Assembly: GCF_021764745.1 (NCBI RefSeq)
Contig: NZ_JAETXX010000008.1
Coordinates: 62,548-126,547 of the forward strand
Source of the DNA: Joostella atrarenae
GTDB lineage: Bacteria; Bacteroidota; Bacteroidia; Flavobacteriales; Flavobacteriaceae
DNA: 64,000 nucleotides
Reading direction: 5' to 3'
The notes beneath the pieces are model-generated. The model saw nothing but the letters and a program-made list of their open reading frames with translations, had not been told where the DNA came from and made no database searches. Made by a program: the position numbers and the translations under genes. Positions 10,574 to 20,003 of this stretch are shown in pieces (the first letter of the stretch is position 1; each line of letters begins with the position of its first letter).

Positions 10574-10770
10574 GGTGCTAAAATCAATTTTTCATGTTGA
10601 GCTTGTTTTCATAATTTTCAATTAATCATAATTGGTTTACCAAATTGGTTTACCAAATATATGTTATTTAAGTGTTAACTAAAAATGTTTTTGGTAAAAT
10701 ATTGTAGTTAAAAATGCTTTTTTAACAAAAAACTGCACTCAAAATAATCAGTTAGACAATAGCGTGACTT

Positions 10771-11121
10771 TTATTCCATAAAATCTTCTCTAATAGGACT
10801 AAAAACATCTATTAACACTCCTTCCTCTTTACAAATAGCTCCGTGCATTTCGTGTGGTGGAATGTAAAATGAATCCCCTCCTTCCATCAATTTTGTTTCT
10901 CCGTCAATAGTAAGTTCGAACTTTCCACTCACTACATAGGTAACTTGAGAGTGATAATGCTCATGCATGGAACCTACGCCACCTTTATCAAAGTGAACTT
11001 TTACAAGCATGATTTTATCATCATAGCCCATAATTTTTCTTTTCACTCCTTCAGCAACTTGTTCCCATTCCATTTCAGCTCCTTTGATAAATTTGTCGCT
11101 TGTTCCGAATGTTTTTTCCAT
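10771..11121 (-). CDS. kdgF: Small cupin protein, KdgF-like (pectin/alginate degradation protein)
   Basis: 116 aa single cupin with His cluster (HEHYHSQV ... PPHEMHG). Position between lyases and SusC matches kdgF in alginate PULs. Confidence 0.65.
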   Translation of the reverse strand: MEKTFGTSDKFIKGAEMEWEQVAEGVKRKIMGYDDKIMLVKVHFDKGGVGSMHEHYHSQVTYVVSGKFELTIDGETKLMEGGDSFYIPPHEMHGAICKEEGVLIDVFSPIREDFME

Positions 11122-11135
11122 TTTTTATTTACTTT

Positions 11136-13403
11136 TTATTTAATTAATAGGTAATAAGGCCCTTTCCAACTAAGGTCAGTTCCGTTTATTTTTATTGAAT
11201 GTTTTTCTTTTACTTTAGCATCATTATTTGCTATAGCCAAAACTATTATCTTATCTGTAATTGTTCTTATTTTTACCACAGTATATGCTTCATCGGATGG
11301 TAAAACTTCAATAGTTTTTATACTACTAAAAGCATTACTAGCTTTTTCAGTAACGGCATTATAACCACCATGCTTTTCTATAACTGAAGCAAAAATAGCG
11401 TTATCTGTGTTATTCTTTCTGATAACAAAACCTGGATCTCTCCGTAAATTAAATTCTGGATCTTTTGCTCCTAAACGAGTAAAAAACAATTTGTATTTTT
11501 CTGAAGTTGAACTCGTAAGTGTATAAAATTTATTATTTGACAACCAACTAAAACTAGCTGTTTCTTTATTGCTACTCCCAGAAGCCTCTTTATACAGGTG
11601 TTGATATCCATTATCTGTTCCAAAAGGAGTCAAACTAGAAAAGCTATCCATTTTAAAATCTGTACTTATTATTTGTCCAAAGAAATAGTACGGTAAATCA
11701 AATTGATGTTTCTCTTCTGATGAAACTTTAAAAATGTCTATTGTCAGCGGATTTTCAATGCCATCTATATTTACCAATGCCATTGTTCTATGAAGCTTTG
11801 TTCCTTGATATGCATTACTATCTTTCACACTGACGATCTGAATGTTATCATTTGAAAAATCTGAAAAATATTTTAACGGGTTATACTTACTTCCTGTTTC
11901 ATAATCTCCATTAAAATGCGATTTTTCATCTTGAACAATAGTATTATGAGCTATTGTTTGTTTTGCCCAAGTAGTATTCTCCTTTAAATACCCTCCTCCA
12001 TTCTTCTGATCTATGTTTACAAAACGAGCCAAGCCATAATCCTGAATTATCTCATCTCCATCTGAATATAAAGAAAAAGAAAGCTTGTCGTAATGCCCAT
12101 GACTACTTCCTTGAGATGTATATTTAACGACTAAAGACATTGGTGTTTTCGATTGTAGAGGTCTTAATATTGATATTCCCCCTTGATTTCCTTTAGGACC
12201 GTCTAATAATTCTATAGATTTCTTAATTGAAGATGTAAAATCACCTTCAGCAACACCTTTAGCCACAGCTAATCCCGCAGAACTCAATGTAACAGATTGC
12301 TGCTTTTTAGCAATCTCTAAAAGTGACGGATCTTGATCTCCATAATAATATGCAATATCAACAGCATTAATCATAGCTCCTGTATAATAAGACATTCCCT
12401 TTTGTGCATCATTTAAAGGGAAGAAATCCCCATCTGAATCTGTTAATTGCACCAAAGCACTCACGGCTTTAATCAACACATTATCTTTAAATTTAAAAAT
12501 ATCTTTATCCCAACCTGTATTATAAAGCCCTTCAGCAAAAACCATAAATGGATACATGGCATAACGCTGGTAATATGGTCCTTCTGTATAATATCCCGAA
12601 GGAGAAAAAGCCTCGTAAAGATTTGCCATAAATCCAGCTTTTCCATCAGCATCAAAAATGGTTCCCCCGTCGTTATCCTTCTCTGATAAGTCTAAATTTT
12701 CAGTATCCAATCCATAAAGCGCTCTATTTACCAAGGTAGTATCACGCATTGCTAATCCGATCATTCCTACAGCTGCATTTCCCCATGTACTATGATTGTG
12801 AATACGATTAAAAAATTTAGGGTTTTCAATTGATAAGAAATCAGCAAAAGGAATAAAAAGCTCAGACTCTAAATAATCTCTATCTTCTTCAGATAACCAA
12901 TCATAAATACTATCATACGCCTGACTCATATATACCAACCAATTGGCATCATTTAAACATTGCCAGAAAATCTTCCCTCTAGAATAAGACCTTTCCTCTG
13001 GATGCAATGGTAGTCCTTTATAAATTTTAGCATATTCAAAAAGTACGTCTTTCGTAAACTCTGCATACTTTTTATCGCCTAGAATTTGAAATAATACTCC
13101 CGCTTTCTGAAGGATATAAAAGTTCTTCTTATGACGTTCATGTGTATATCCTCCAGCCATATCTTTAGGGATTGGCACATGAATTCCTGTAGCTATATCT
13201 GCATCGACTTCTTCTTTAGTCTCTTTTAACGTAGCATCGAACAAAGGTAGATTCCCTAATTCCTTTTTAATAGAAGCTACTCCTTGTTTTGTTAATATTA
13301 AACTAGGATGCTCTTCCGTAGAAAATTGCTTTTGAGCATATATGCAGTTAGAAAAAACTACACATATTAATACTATTAAAAAGTTGTTATTTACCTTCTT
13401 CAT
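11136..13403 (-). CDS. Polysaccharide lyase with N-terminal alginate-lyase (alpha/alpha toroid) and C-terminal heparinase II/III-like domains; PL17-like oligoalginate lyase candidate
   Basis: 755 aa with signal peptide. NHSTWGN segment and overall two-domain size match PL17/heparinase II/III-type lyases. Adjacent to a PL6-like gene. Confidence 0.55.
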   Translation of the reverse strand: MKKVNNNFLIVLICVVFSNCIYAQKQFSTEEHPSLILTKQGVASIKKELGNLPLFDATLKETKEEVDADIATGIHVPIPKDMAGGYTHERHKKNFYILQKAGVLFQILGDKKYAEFTKDVLFEYAKIYKGLPLHPEERSYSRGKIFWQCLNDANWLVYMSQAYDSIYDWLSEEDRDYLESELFIPFADFLSIENPKFFNRIHNHSTWGNAAVGMIGLAMRDTTLVNRALYGLDTENLDLSEKDNDGGTIFDADGKAGFMANLYEAFSPSGYYTEGPYYQRYAMYPFMVFAEGLYNTGWDKDIFKFKDNVLIKAVSALVQLTDSDGDFFPLNDAQKGMSYYTGAMINAVDIAYYYGDQDPSLLEIAKKQQSVTLSSAGLAVAKGVAEGDFTSSIKKSIELLDGPKGNQGGISILRPLQSKTPMSLVVKYTSQGSSHGHYDKLSFSLYSDGDEIIQDYGLARFVNIDQKNGGGYLKENTTWAKQTIAHNTIVQDEKSHFNGDYETGSKYNPLKYFSDFSNDNIQIVSVKDSNAYQGTKLHRTMALVNIDGIENPLTIDIFKVSSEEKHQFDLPYYFFGQIISTDFKMDSFSSLTPFGTDNGYQHLYKEASGSSNKETASFSWLSNNKFYTLTSSTSEKYKLFFTRLGAKDPEFNLRRDPGFVIRKNNTDNAIFASVIEKHGGYNAVTEKASNAFSSIKTIEVLPSDEAYTVVKIRTITDKIIVLAIANNDAKVKEKHSIKINGTDLSWKGPYYLLIK

Positions 13404-13404
13404 A

Positions 13405-15768
13405 TTATAATTTTTCTTTTATCAAGCCAATGCTTTTCCCATCTGTAGCTTGATTATTAAGCTTTGATTCTTTAGATACTAAATATGAATCTGTAAATAC
13501 TGGAGTAACATCATAAAGCTCCTCCATATTATATTTTTGATCTCCTGTTACTATTGGTTTAGGCGTGTTATGAAAGTTTAAATTAGAAATATCTACTATC
13601 GGCTCTCCAACTACCAAATGCGCCTTTAAAGTCTTAGAATCTGAGAAAATACTATTCTTCATATCCACAACCTGCACGCCATATAAAGAAACTGCTGCAT
13701 CTTGAGTGTTTCTTTTTCCCTTCCCTACATTATCAAAAACACAATGATCTAACTCCAAAAATGGTCCGAAAGTACTTTCATCTTTTCCTCCTCTGTATAA
13801 GTTTAATGCAACCCCTTCAATATTAGAATATAAGTTATTCTTTAATATTACATATTCCGCATTATAAATTCCAATATCTTCAGTTTCCTTATTTAGTGAG
13901 ATTACATCACCAGTAATTTTATTGAAGTTAGAGTTTTTAATACTAATGGTGTCTGCAAATGTATTTTTATACACTTTTATAGCATCAAAAGAATGGTTTA
14001 CATCAAGATTTATAAAGCTACAGTTATCTACAAAAAGCTTGTAATTGTCATTCATAGAGTACTTACTCGTAGTAATAACTGAATTTCCTGTTCTATCTGG
14101 TGCATTCTTCCCGTCAAATACAATTCCTGCTACAGATAGCTTACCTCCGTTGGCAATTTCAAAAACATTTTTCTTTTCGAATAAGATTGTTGCCTTCTGA
14201 TTTTCATCTCCAATAAAGCTTAATGGCTTCTCAATCGTTATAGTTTTTGTTAATTGATAAGGAGCTGTAGATTCTAATTGAAGAATATCCCCCGCTTTTG
14301 CATTTGCAACTGCTTCATTAAGGGTATTTAATCCTGGTTTTACTTTAATGACCTCACCACTAGATAACGCAGGTTCCGCATCTTTCTTGCTATACCAAGC
14401 TACTCCAGTTGTTTTCTTTGATGGAATTGAATCCCCTATGGTAGCACCAGCTTTTATATCTGCGGAAGCAGTAAACAATCCGTTTTCATCTTTTACTAAT
14501 TCTAATTTTTTCTGAACAAATCCACCTTCTGTTAGTGGTTTTACATTAGGACTGATAATGTTATTGTCAAATGAAATCCCAGAAATATCATCATAAACAG
14601 TAAATAACTGATCCTGTTTTTCATTATAAAAGATATTGTTTGCTATCACAGAATTTATAGGTGTTGCACTTCGTTCTTCATCGCTCCCCGCGCATAACTG
14701 AATATGGTCTGAATTTATAAATGTATTATTTTCTACTCGTGCATCTTCCACTTGAAAGTATCTATTTATTGGAGAATTTGGAACGCCATTCATCATCACA
14801 AAAGCACCTCTAAAACGATATCCTGTAATACCATCTAAGTAATTATTAATAACTGTTTGCTGACCGTTAATTACTCGTATCCCCCCAGTATTAGGCTTTC
14901 TATTACCTAAGAAAACATTTCCCTCTACCCATGTTTCATTTCCATGTCTCATGGTTAATGTTCCTTTACACTCATAAAAAATATTATTCTTAAAGGTGTT
15001 CTGACAAGACTTATTTGAGATAATTTCAAGCTCCCCACTACATCTATCAAAATAGTTAGATGCTACTAATGTTTTGGAATTGGTTAACGAATAATGACTT
15101 GTTCCTATACGTAACGTCTCTCCCCCATTAGAACCCAAAGTAGGCCTTGGACCGAAATAATTATGATCTATTTTATGATTATTCTCACGACTTTCCTCTG
15201 TATTTAATCTAACAGTCATCGTCACTCCTCTATTTCTCTTCCCTGATAAATGATTGTGATCTATTCTGTTATTCTTACCATAAATCGCAACCCAAGTATC
15301 TGGCTCATGCCTTTCTGGATTACTAAAATTATCTATCACACACTGGGTGAGTCTACTATTATTTGCAAGATGATCGTTATCTTTTTTAAAAGAAATAACT
15401 TCATTTGTTGGAGTAAAACCATCTTTAAAAACCAAACCTTCAACAACAAGATATTCTCCTGCTAATCTAAGGTTAGAGTTACCCGTAAAAATTACTTTTC
15501 CTTTTTCTTCTGCTCGTAATGTAATTAAACTATCTACTTTCCCTTGAGCTTCAAAAAGCAATTCTGAATCTTCCCAGATTCCATTAGCTAATATTAAAGT
15601 GTCTCCAGGTTTAACATTACTCAGCGCACTATTCAGTTCTTCTACATTTTTAATAGTAGCTACTTCTGTTTTTGGAGCACAACAGAACATTGTAAATCCT
15701 ATTAATGCTAAGTATAAAGTTTTAAAGTTTTTCATAAAATAAATTGGTTTACCACTTTGGTTGACCAA
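13405..15768 (-). CDS. Right-handed beta-helix polysaccharide lyase, PL6-like (chondroitinase-B/poly-mannuronate lyase fold)
   Basis: 787 aa. N-terminal VEELNSALSNVKPGDTLILANGIW is characteristic of the PL6/chondroitinase-B N-terminus. Repeated N-rich beta-helix turns (NNxxxxN) run throughout. The true start is probably the internal Met (MKNFKTLYL) that begins the signal peptide. Confidence 0.6.
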   Translation of the reverse strand: MVNQSGKPIYFMKNFKTLYLALIGFTMFCCAPKTEVATIKNVEELNSALSNVKPGDTLILANGIWEDSELLFEAQGKVDSLITLRAEEKGKVIFTGNSNLRLAGEYLVVEGLVFKDGFTPTNEVISFKKDNDHLANNSRLTQCVIDNFSNPERHEPDTWVAIYGKNNRIDHNHLSGKRNRGVTMTVRLNTEESRENNHKIDHNYFGPRPTLGSNGGETLRIGTSHYSLTNSKTLVASNYFDRCSGELEIISNKSCQNTFKNNIFYECKGTLTMRHGNETWVEGNVFLGNRKPNTGGIRVINGQQTVINNYLDGITGYRFRGAFVMMNGVPNSPINRYFQVEDARVENNTFINSDHIQLCAGSDEERSATPINSVIANNIFYNEKQDQLFTVYDDISGISFDNNIISPNVKPLTEGGFVQKKLELVKDENGLFTASADIKAGATIGDSIPSKKTTGVAWYSKKDAEPALSSGEVIKVKPGLNTLNEAVANAKAGDILQLESTAPYQLTKTITIEKPLSFIGDENQKATILFEKKNVFEIANGGKLSVAGIVFDGKNAPDRTGNSVITTSKYSMNDNYKLFVDNCSFINLDVNHSFDAIKVYKNTFADTISIKNSNFNKITGDVISLNKETEDIGIYNAEYVILKNNLYSNIEGVALNLYRGGKDESTFGPFLELDHCVFDNVGKGKRNTQDAAVSLYGVQVVDMKNSIFSDSKTLKAHLVVGEPIVDISNLNFHNTPKPIVTGDQKYNMEELYDVTPVFTDSYLVSKESKLNNQATDGKSIGLIKEKL

Positions 15769-15888
15769 ATATATGAATAATTAAATTTTATCCAAATTAA
15801 TTAACGATAAAATAAAAAATAGCCTAATAAAATATCAATTACTCACTATGCTTCTTAACTTTTAGAACCCCTCGCAAATGAAGCGCAT

Positions 15889-15916
15889 AAAAAAGGCTGC
15901 CAATATTGGCAGCCTG
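15889..15916 (-). terminator. Rho-independent terminator (perfect palindrome GGCTGCCAATATTGGCAGCC followed by a U-run on the minus strand)
   Basis: Plus strand reads aaaaaaGGCTGCCAATATTGGCAGCC, 27 nt downstream of the 15943 stop of the minus-strand thioredoxin-like gene. Confidence 0.65.
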
Positions 15917-15942
15917 GTGTGGTTATTAAAGACTATAAGTAA

Positions 15943-17247
15943 TTATTCTAATTTTAAAAGTTCTATTTTTCGCTTAATCAACATTTGGATATATTTTCTT
16001 AGCTGCATACGATCTATTTGTGCACTCTCTATGTAAGCTTGATTATATGCTTTTTTTGCTGAAGAATAATCATCAAGCTTTTTATAAACGTCTCCTAATA
16101 AACTAGTAATATTAACTCGTTCTAAAATAGGCATATTTGTATCTGTTAACGATTGAATTATCCATTTCTTAGATTCCTCATTTTGCTCTTTAGTTATATT
16201 ATTTCCTCCTGCTTCATACATTACTTGCGCAGAGCGAGCGAGACTCATAGGAGATAATTGATCACCTTGAAGCTTAAAATACTGGTTCTTTAATGAGATA
16301 TATTTATCTACATCTTTATCTTTAAAAAGCGCATAAATAGCATCACAATTAGTTTTAGATAGTTCATATTGATTACCATTATTTCCTTCAATTGTATTAT
16401 ACGCAAGCTTCATATCTCCATTTATACGTTCCAAAGGAATCATATAATCTTTATCTCCATTCTTTGCAAGTCCTTCCGCTAGTTCTGTGTTGTATTGAAT
16501 AACATAAAACGCTACAGGTTCACCCACCTCTTCAAGATAACCCTCCATATGATCAACTATGTATTCCATAATTTTATCATTCATCCCTTCAGGCTTATGG
16601 AATTTTTTAATGATTACATAATCTTCTTTATTTACTAGTCCATCTCCTTGAGTCATCTTAACATCGATGTAATCGTTGAACACTCGATCTACTCTTACTA
16701 CCCATTTCTTTTTGTTAATTCCTTCCTGAAGTGTTACAAATGCAGGAGCTTTACTTAAAAGTTCTGCCATTACTTCAAGATTTTCATCATCTTTTTGGTA
16801 TTCCTCATAAATCTCCTCAAAACTCTTAACATCTCCAGTTACTGTTTGCGCCATCTGAAACATATTATCGATATCTAAAGAACCACTAACCTTAGACAAA
16901 GCGTTTTCATTAGCATCAACAAACATAAGAGTTGGCATAGATGTGATTTTGTTTTCTTTTACAAGTTGAGAATTAATTTCATTCTCAACATCTACTTTTA
17001 CAGAAACAAAATTTTCGTTAAAAAAAGCTCCTAATTTCTCATCCACATATACATTTTTATCCATCATTTTACAAGGAGCACACCAATCAGCATAAAAATC
17101 AATAAATAAAGGGACATCCCTTTTTTCAGCCTCAGCTAAAGCTTCTTTATAGGTTCCTTCAAAAAAGCTTACACCTTGGGCTTGTACTTTATTTATAGCT
17201 ATTACGGCTACAAATATTAATGTTATATATAATCGATTAATTTTCAT
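15943..17247 (-). CDS. Thioredoxin-fold (TlpA/DUF255-like) exported protein with a long C-terminal helical domain
   Basis: Signal peptide, then FIDFYADWCAPCKMM (a CxxC thioredoxin motif). 434 aa. Confidence 0.65.
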   Translation of the reverse strand: MKINRLYITLIFVAVIAINKVQAQGVSFFEGTYKEALAEAEKRDVPLFIDFYADWCAPCKMMDKNVYVDEKLGAFFNENFVSVKVDVENEINSQLVKENKITSMPTLMFVDANENALSKVSGSLDIDNMFQMAQTVTGDVKSFEEIYEEYQKDDENLEVMAELLSKAPAFVTLQEGINKKKWVVRVDRVFNDYIDVKMTQGDGLVNKEDYVIIKKFHKPEGMNDKIMEYIVDHMEGYLEEVGEPVAFYVIQYNTELAEGLAKNGDKDYMIPLERINGDMKLAYNTIEGNNGNQYELSKTNCDAIYALFKDKDVDKYISLKNQYFKLQGDQLSPMSLARSAQVMYEAGGNNITKEQNEESKKWIIQSLTDTNMPILERVNITSLLGDVYKKLDDYSSAKKAYNQAYIESAQIDRMQLRKYIQMLIKRKIELLKLE

Positions 17248-17278
17248 TTTTAATTATTTTTTATTCAAATATTCATTA

Positions 17279-17740
17279 TTACTCTACAGTGATGGTTATC
17301 GCATCTTTAACGACTTCATAATAATCACCTGTATTATGAATTCCTACACTTACAATATAATTTCCGGGAGCAGTATCTGTACTTAAAGGATATACTATCT
17401 GTCCTAATCCTTGTACAGAAACTTGTTCTGAGAAATATTCTACCGCTGCTTCATCTAATTCTTCTGATCTAACTTCTGCTATAGAAAATGATAATGGTTC
17501 TGTTCCTAGAACTCCACTTATTTTTTGAGAAACCCACGGGGATTCATTCTCAATCCTTAAGGCATCTAATCTTGGATCTAGCTCTAAGCGAATTGTCATT
17601 GTGTTCGGCAAGTATTCTGCATTCTCAACATCTAAAAACCCAACTTCTTTATCGCAACCTACATTTATAAGCCCTATAAAGACTATCAGTATATATATAA
17701 TTGATTTTTTCATCGAAATTGTAATTTTAAAGTTTATCAA
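17279..17740 (-). CDS. Hypothetical lipoprotein
   Basis: 153 aa. Signal peptide with lipobox (LINVGCDKE). No recognisable catalytic motif. Overlaps the upstream gene by 14 nt, so likely co-transcribed. Confidence 0.5.
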   Translation of the reverse strand: MINFKITISMKKSIIYILIVFIGLINVGCDKEVGFLDVENAEYLPNTMTIRLELDPRLDALRIENESPWVSQKISGVLGTEPLSFSIAEVRSEELDEAAVEYFSEQVSVQGLGQIVYPLSTDTAPGNYIVSVGIHNTGDYYEVVKDAITITVE

Positions 17741-18338
17741 TAATGTAATCGTAATGCATAGAATGTACTACCCCATTTGATGGATGAATATCTGCTGAAG
17801 CTATTTGAGCATCTCGAACTGTATTTCCATCCGCAGAATTAAATTTTACAAATACAGGACCAACCCCATATACTGGATCTATCTCTTCTTCTGTAAAAAG
17901 TTGAATCTCTGCATTTCCAATAGAAGTAATAAACACCCCTCCATCTTGCCTTGCCGGAATATCATCTCGCATATAAACATCTGTGAATACATGGTTTAAT
18001 AATATTTCTTTACAGACTTCAGGATCTGTTTCTGCAATCGTCTCTAAATTCTGATTGTACAGCCATCTTCTAATAGAATGAGATGTTAATCCCATAAACA
18101 TAATTTCATCATAATCAGGATCTTCACCGCTAAATAAATTAGTTAAACCAGCATGATCTATCATCTCTACTGTTAAATCCCAGTTATAATCATCTGTAAG
18201 TAGATATTCATAAATGGTTTTATCCTCTAAGTCTCCGTTTGCAACTCCACTATCAATAAGGTTATTTTTTGTACAACTTAAGCACATAGTGAATACAAGG
18301 AAATAAACTGCTATCTTTTTCATCTGTATAATTTTCAT
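17727..18338 (-). CDS. Fasciclin (FAS1)-like domain lipoprotein
   Basis: 203 aa with lipobox (LSCTKN). C-terminal motifs LLNHVFTDVY and IHPSNGVVHSMHYDYI resemble the FAS1 H-box (HVV...NGViHviD) regions. Confidence 0.45.
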   Translation of the reverse strand: MKIIQMKKIAVYFLVFTMCLSCTKNNLIDSGVANGDLEDKTIYEYLLTDDYNWDLTVEMIDHAGLTNLFSGEDPDYDEIMFMGLTSHSIRRWLYNQNLETIAETDPEVCKEILLNHVFTDVYMRDDIPARQDGGVFITSIGNAEIQLFTEEEIDPVYGVGPVFVKFNSADGNTVRDAQIASADIHPSNGVVHSMHYDYIIDKL

Positions 18339-18339
18339 T

Positions 18340-19899
18340 TTAATCTACTCGGTTCCAATAAATATTCTGTTTCAAAAGTGTATTGTTAGTAAAGGCGTCA
18401 CTACCAATAAATAAATACAAAGCACCATCTTGAATATCTTGATCACTTAGCTCTGCAAATGCTGGAGGAAGCTCTGTATCTATATAATTATTTCTCAATA
18501 CATCATAAAATCTTCCATCTTCCATTAATAATTCTTTCTCTCTTTCCTTGAAAATTGCATATTGTAAATTTATATCTTCCGCTGTTGGATATAAATCAGC
18601 ATTTGCTCTAGACCTAATAGTGTTTAAGTCTTGAATTGCAGCAGCATCATTACCTAGTTTAGCATAACATTCTGCTCTTAATAAATATATTCCGGCCAAT
18701 CTTATGTAGATATTATTACAGTTTAACCCTGTCATACTTACCCTACCTGTAGTCTGACTAGTAACACGATAAACACCTTCTGTTACTTTGTACGGATATG
18801 AAAACTCATGTCCAGCAGTTTGCATAGAATCTACTTTATAGAAGTAGGTGTCTTTACGGGCATCTTCGCCCTTGTACATATTCTGAATAGTATTCGCTTC
18901 AAATTTAAATGCCACTCTCCCAGTTTCTATATAGGAAGTCGCATCATTAATATCTACTGGCCAGGTTACATATTTTTCAATAATAGGAGCTATGTAACCA
19001 CCAGAATTATCTGAAAGATAAAAACGTTGAATTTCAAGTATACTTTCTCGCGCTGCAACTCTAGTAGATGGATCCCAACCATTAAAATTTAAATCCAGCA
19101 TAGTTTCTATATCTGGAGCAAGGTCATATTCTGCAGCTTCATCTCCAGAAATCAACTTTGTAGACCAATCAATAGAAGCAGTATAGGCATCGGATGCTGA
19201 AACTCCATCCCAACCATAAAGTTCTACCATGCTCCCTTGCCAAGCATATATATTTGCTAGTAAGGCAGCTGCAGCTCCTTTATTTCCGTATTGCTTAGAC
19301 TGTAAAGGAGTTCCAACATCATCATATAATTCTCCATAACGACCTAATTTAGTATACGCTAATTCTACATTTTTAATAGCTTCTGCAATAACCTCTTGGT
19401 CTGTGCTATTTTCATAGGCTTCAAAATTATTGGTACCAGTAGTTATAATAGCATTCCCCCAAATACGACCTAATTCATAATACATCCACCCTTTGAAGAA
19501 GTGAGCTTGACCTATATAAAAATCCATTCGATCTTGTGAAATATTACCCTCCGCTTGATCTATATTTTCAATTATCAAATTACATAGATATATTACATCA
19601 TAATACTCTTTCCAATTGCTATAGAAAGAGCTTTTAACAGTAGCTGGCACTAAATTCCTAAGATTTAAATAACCAGTGTTATCGCATCTATCTGCCGCAG
19701 CCCCCATTTGCTGATGAGAATCGTTTCCCATAAGGCGTTGTACTTCACCTTGAATAGTGATTACAAAGCCCATCAACTCACTATCATCATCAAATGCATT
19801 GGTAATCGATTGCCTATCTTCTGGTTTAATATCAAGTGCATCAGCACAAGAATTTAGCATTAGTGCTATAAATATTATAGGGATTAAAAATCTTCTCAT
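18340..19899 (-). CDS. susD: SusD/RagB-family outer-membrane lipoprotein
   Basis: 519 aa with lipobox (MLNSCAD), directly downstream of the SusC gene. Confidence 0.85.
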   Translation of the reverse strand: MRRFLIPIIFIALMLNSCADALDIKPEDRQSITNAFDDDSELMGFVITIQGEVQRLMGNDSHQQMGAAADRCDNTGYLNLRNLVPATVKSSFYSNWKEYYDVIYLCNLIIENIDQAEGNISQDRMDFYIGQAHFFKGWMYYELGRIWGNAIITTGTNNFEAYENSTDQEVIAEAIKNVELAYTKLGRYGELYDDVGTPLQSKQYGNKGAAAALLANIYAWQGSMVELYGWDGVSASDAYTASIDWSTKLISGDEAAEYDLAPDIETMLDLNFNGWDPSTRVAARESILEIQRFYLSDNSGGYIAPIIEKYVTWPVDINDATSYIETGRVAFKFEANTIQNMYKGEDARKDTYFYKVDSMQTAGHEFSYPYKVTEGVYRVTSQTTGRVSMTGLNCNNIYIRLAGIYLLRAECYAKLGNDAAAIQDLNTIRSRANADLYPTAEDINLQYAIFKEREKELLMEDGRFYDVLRNNYIDTELPPAFAELSDQDIQDGALYLFIGSDAFTNNTLLKQNIYWNRVD

Positions 19900-20003
19900 T
19901 TTTTTATTCGTTTTTAATGAATTGTAAAGAAATCTTCACATTATCTATATTGCTTTGGTACTCGTTAGAGCACCTTAGACCTCCATATTACTTTTCATTT
20001 TTA

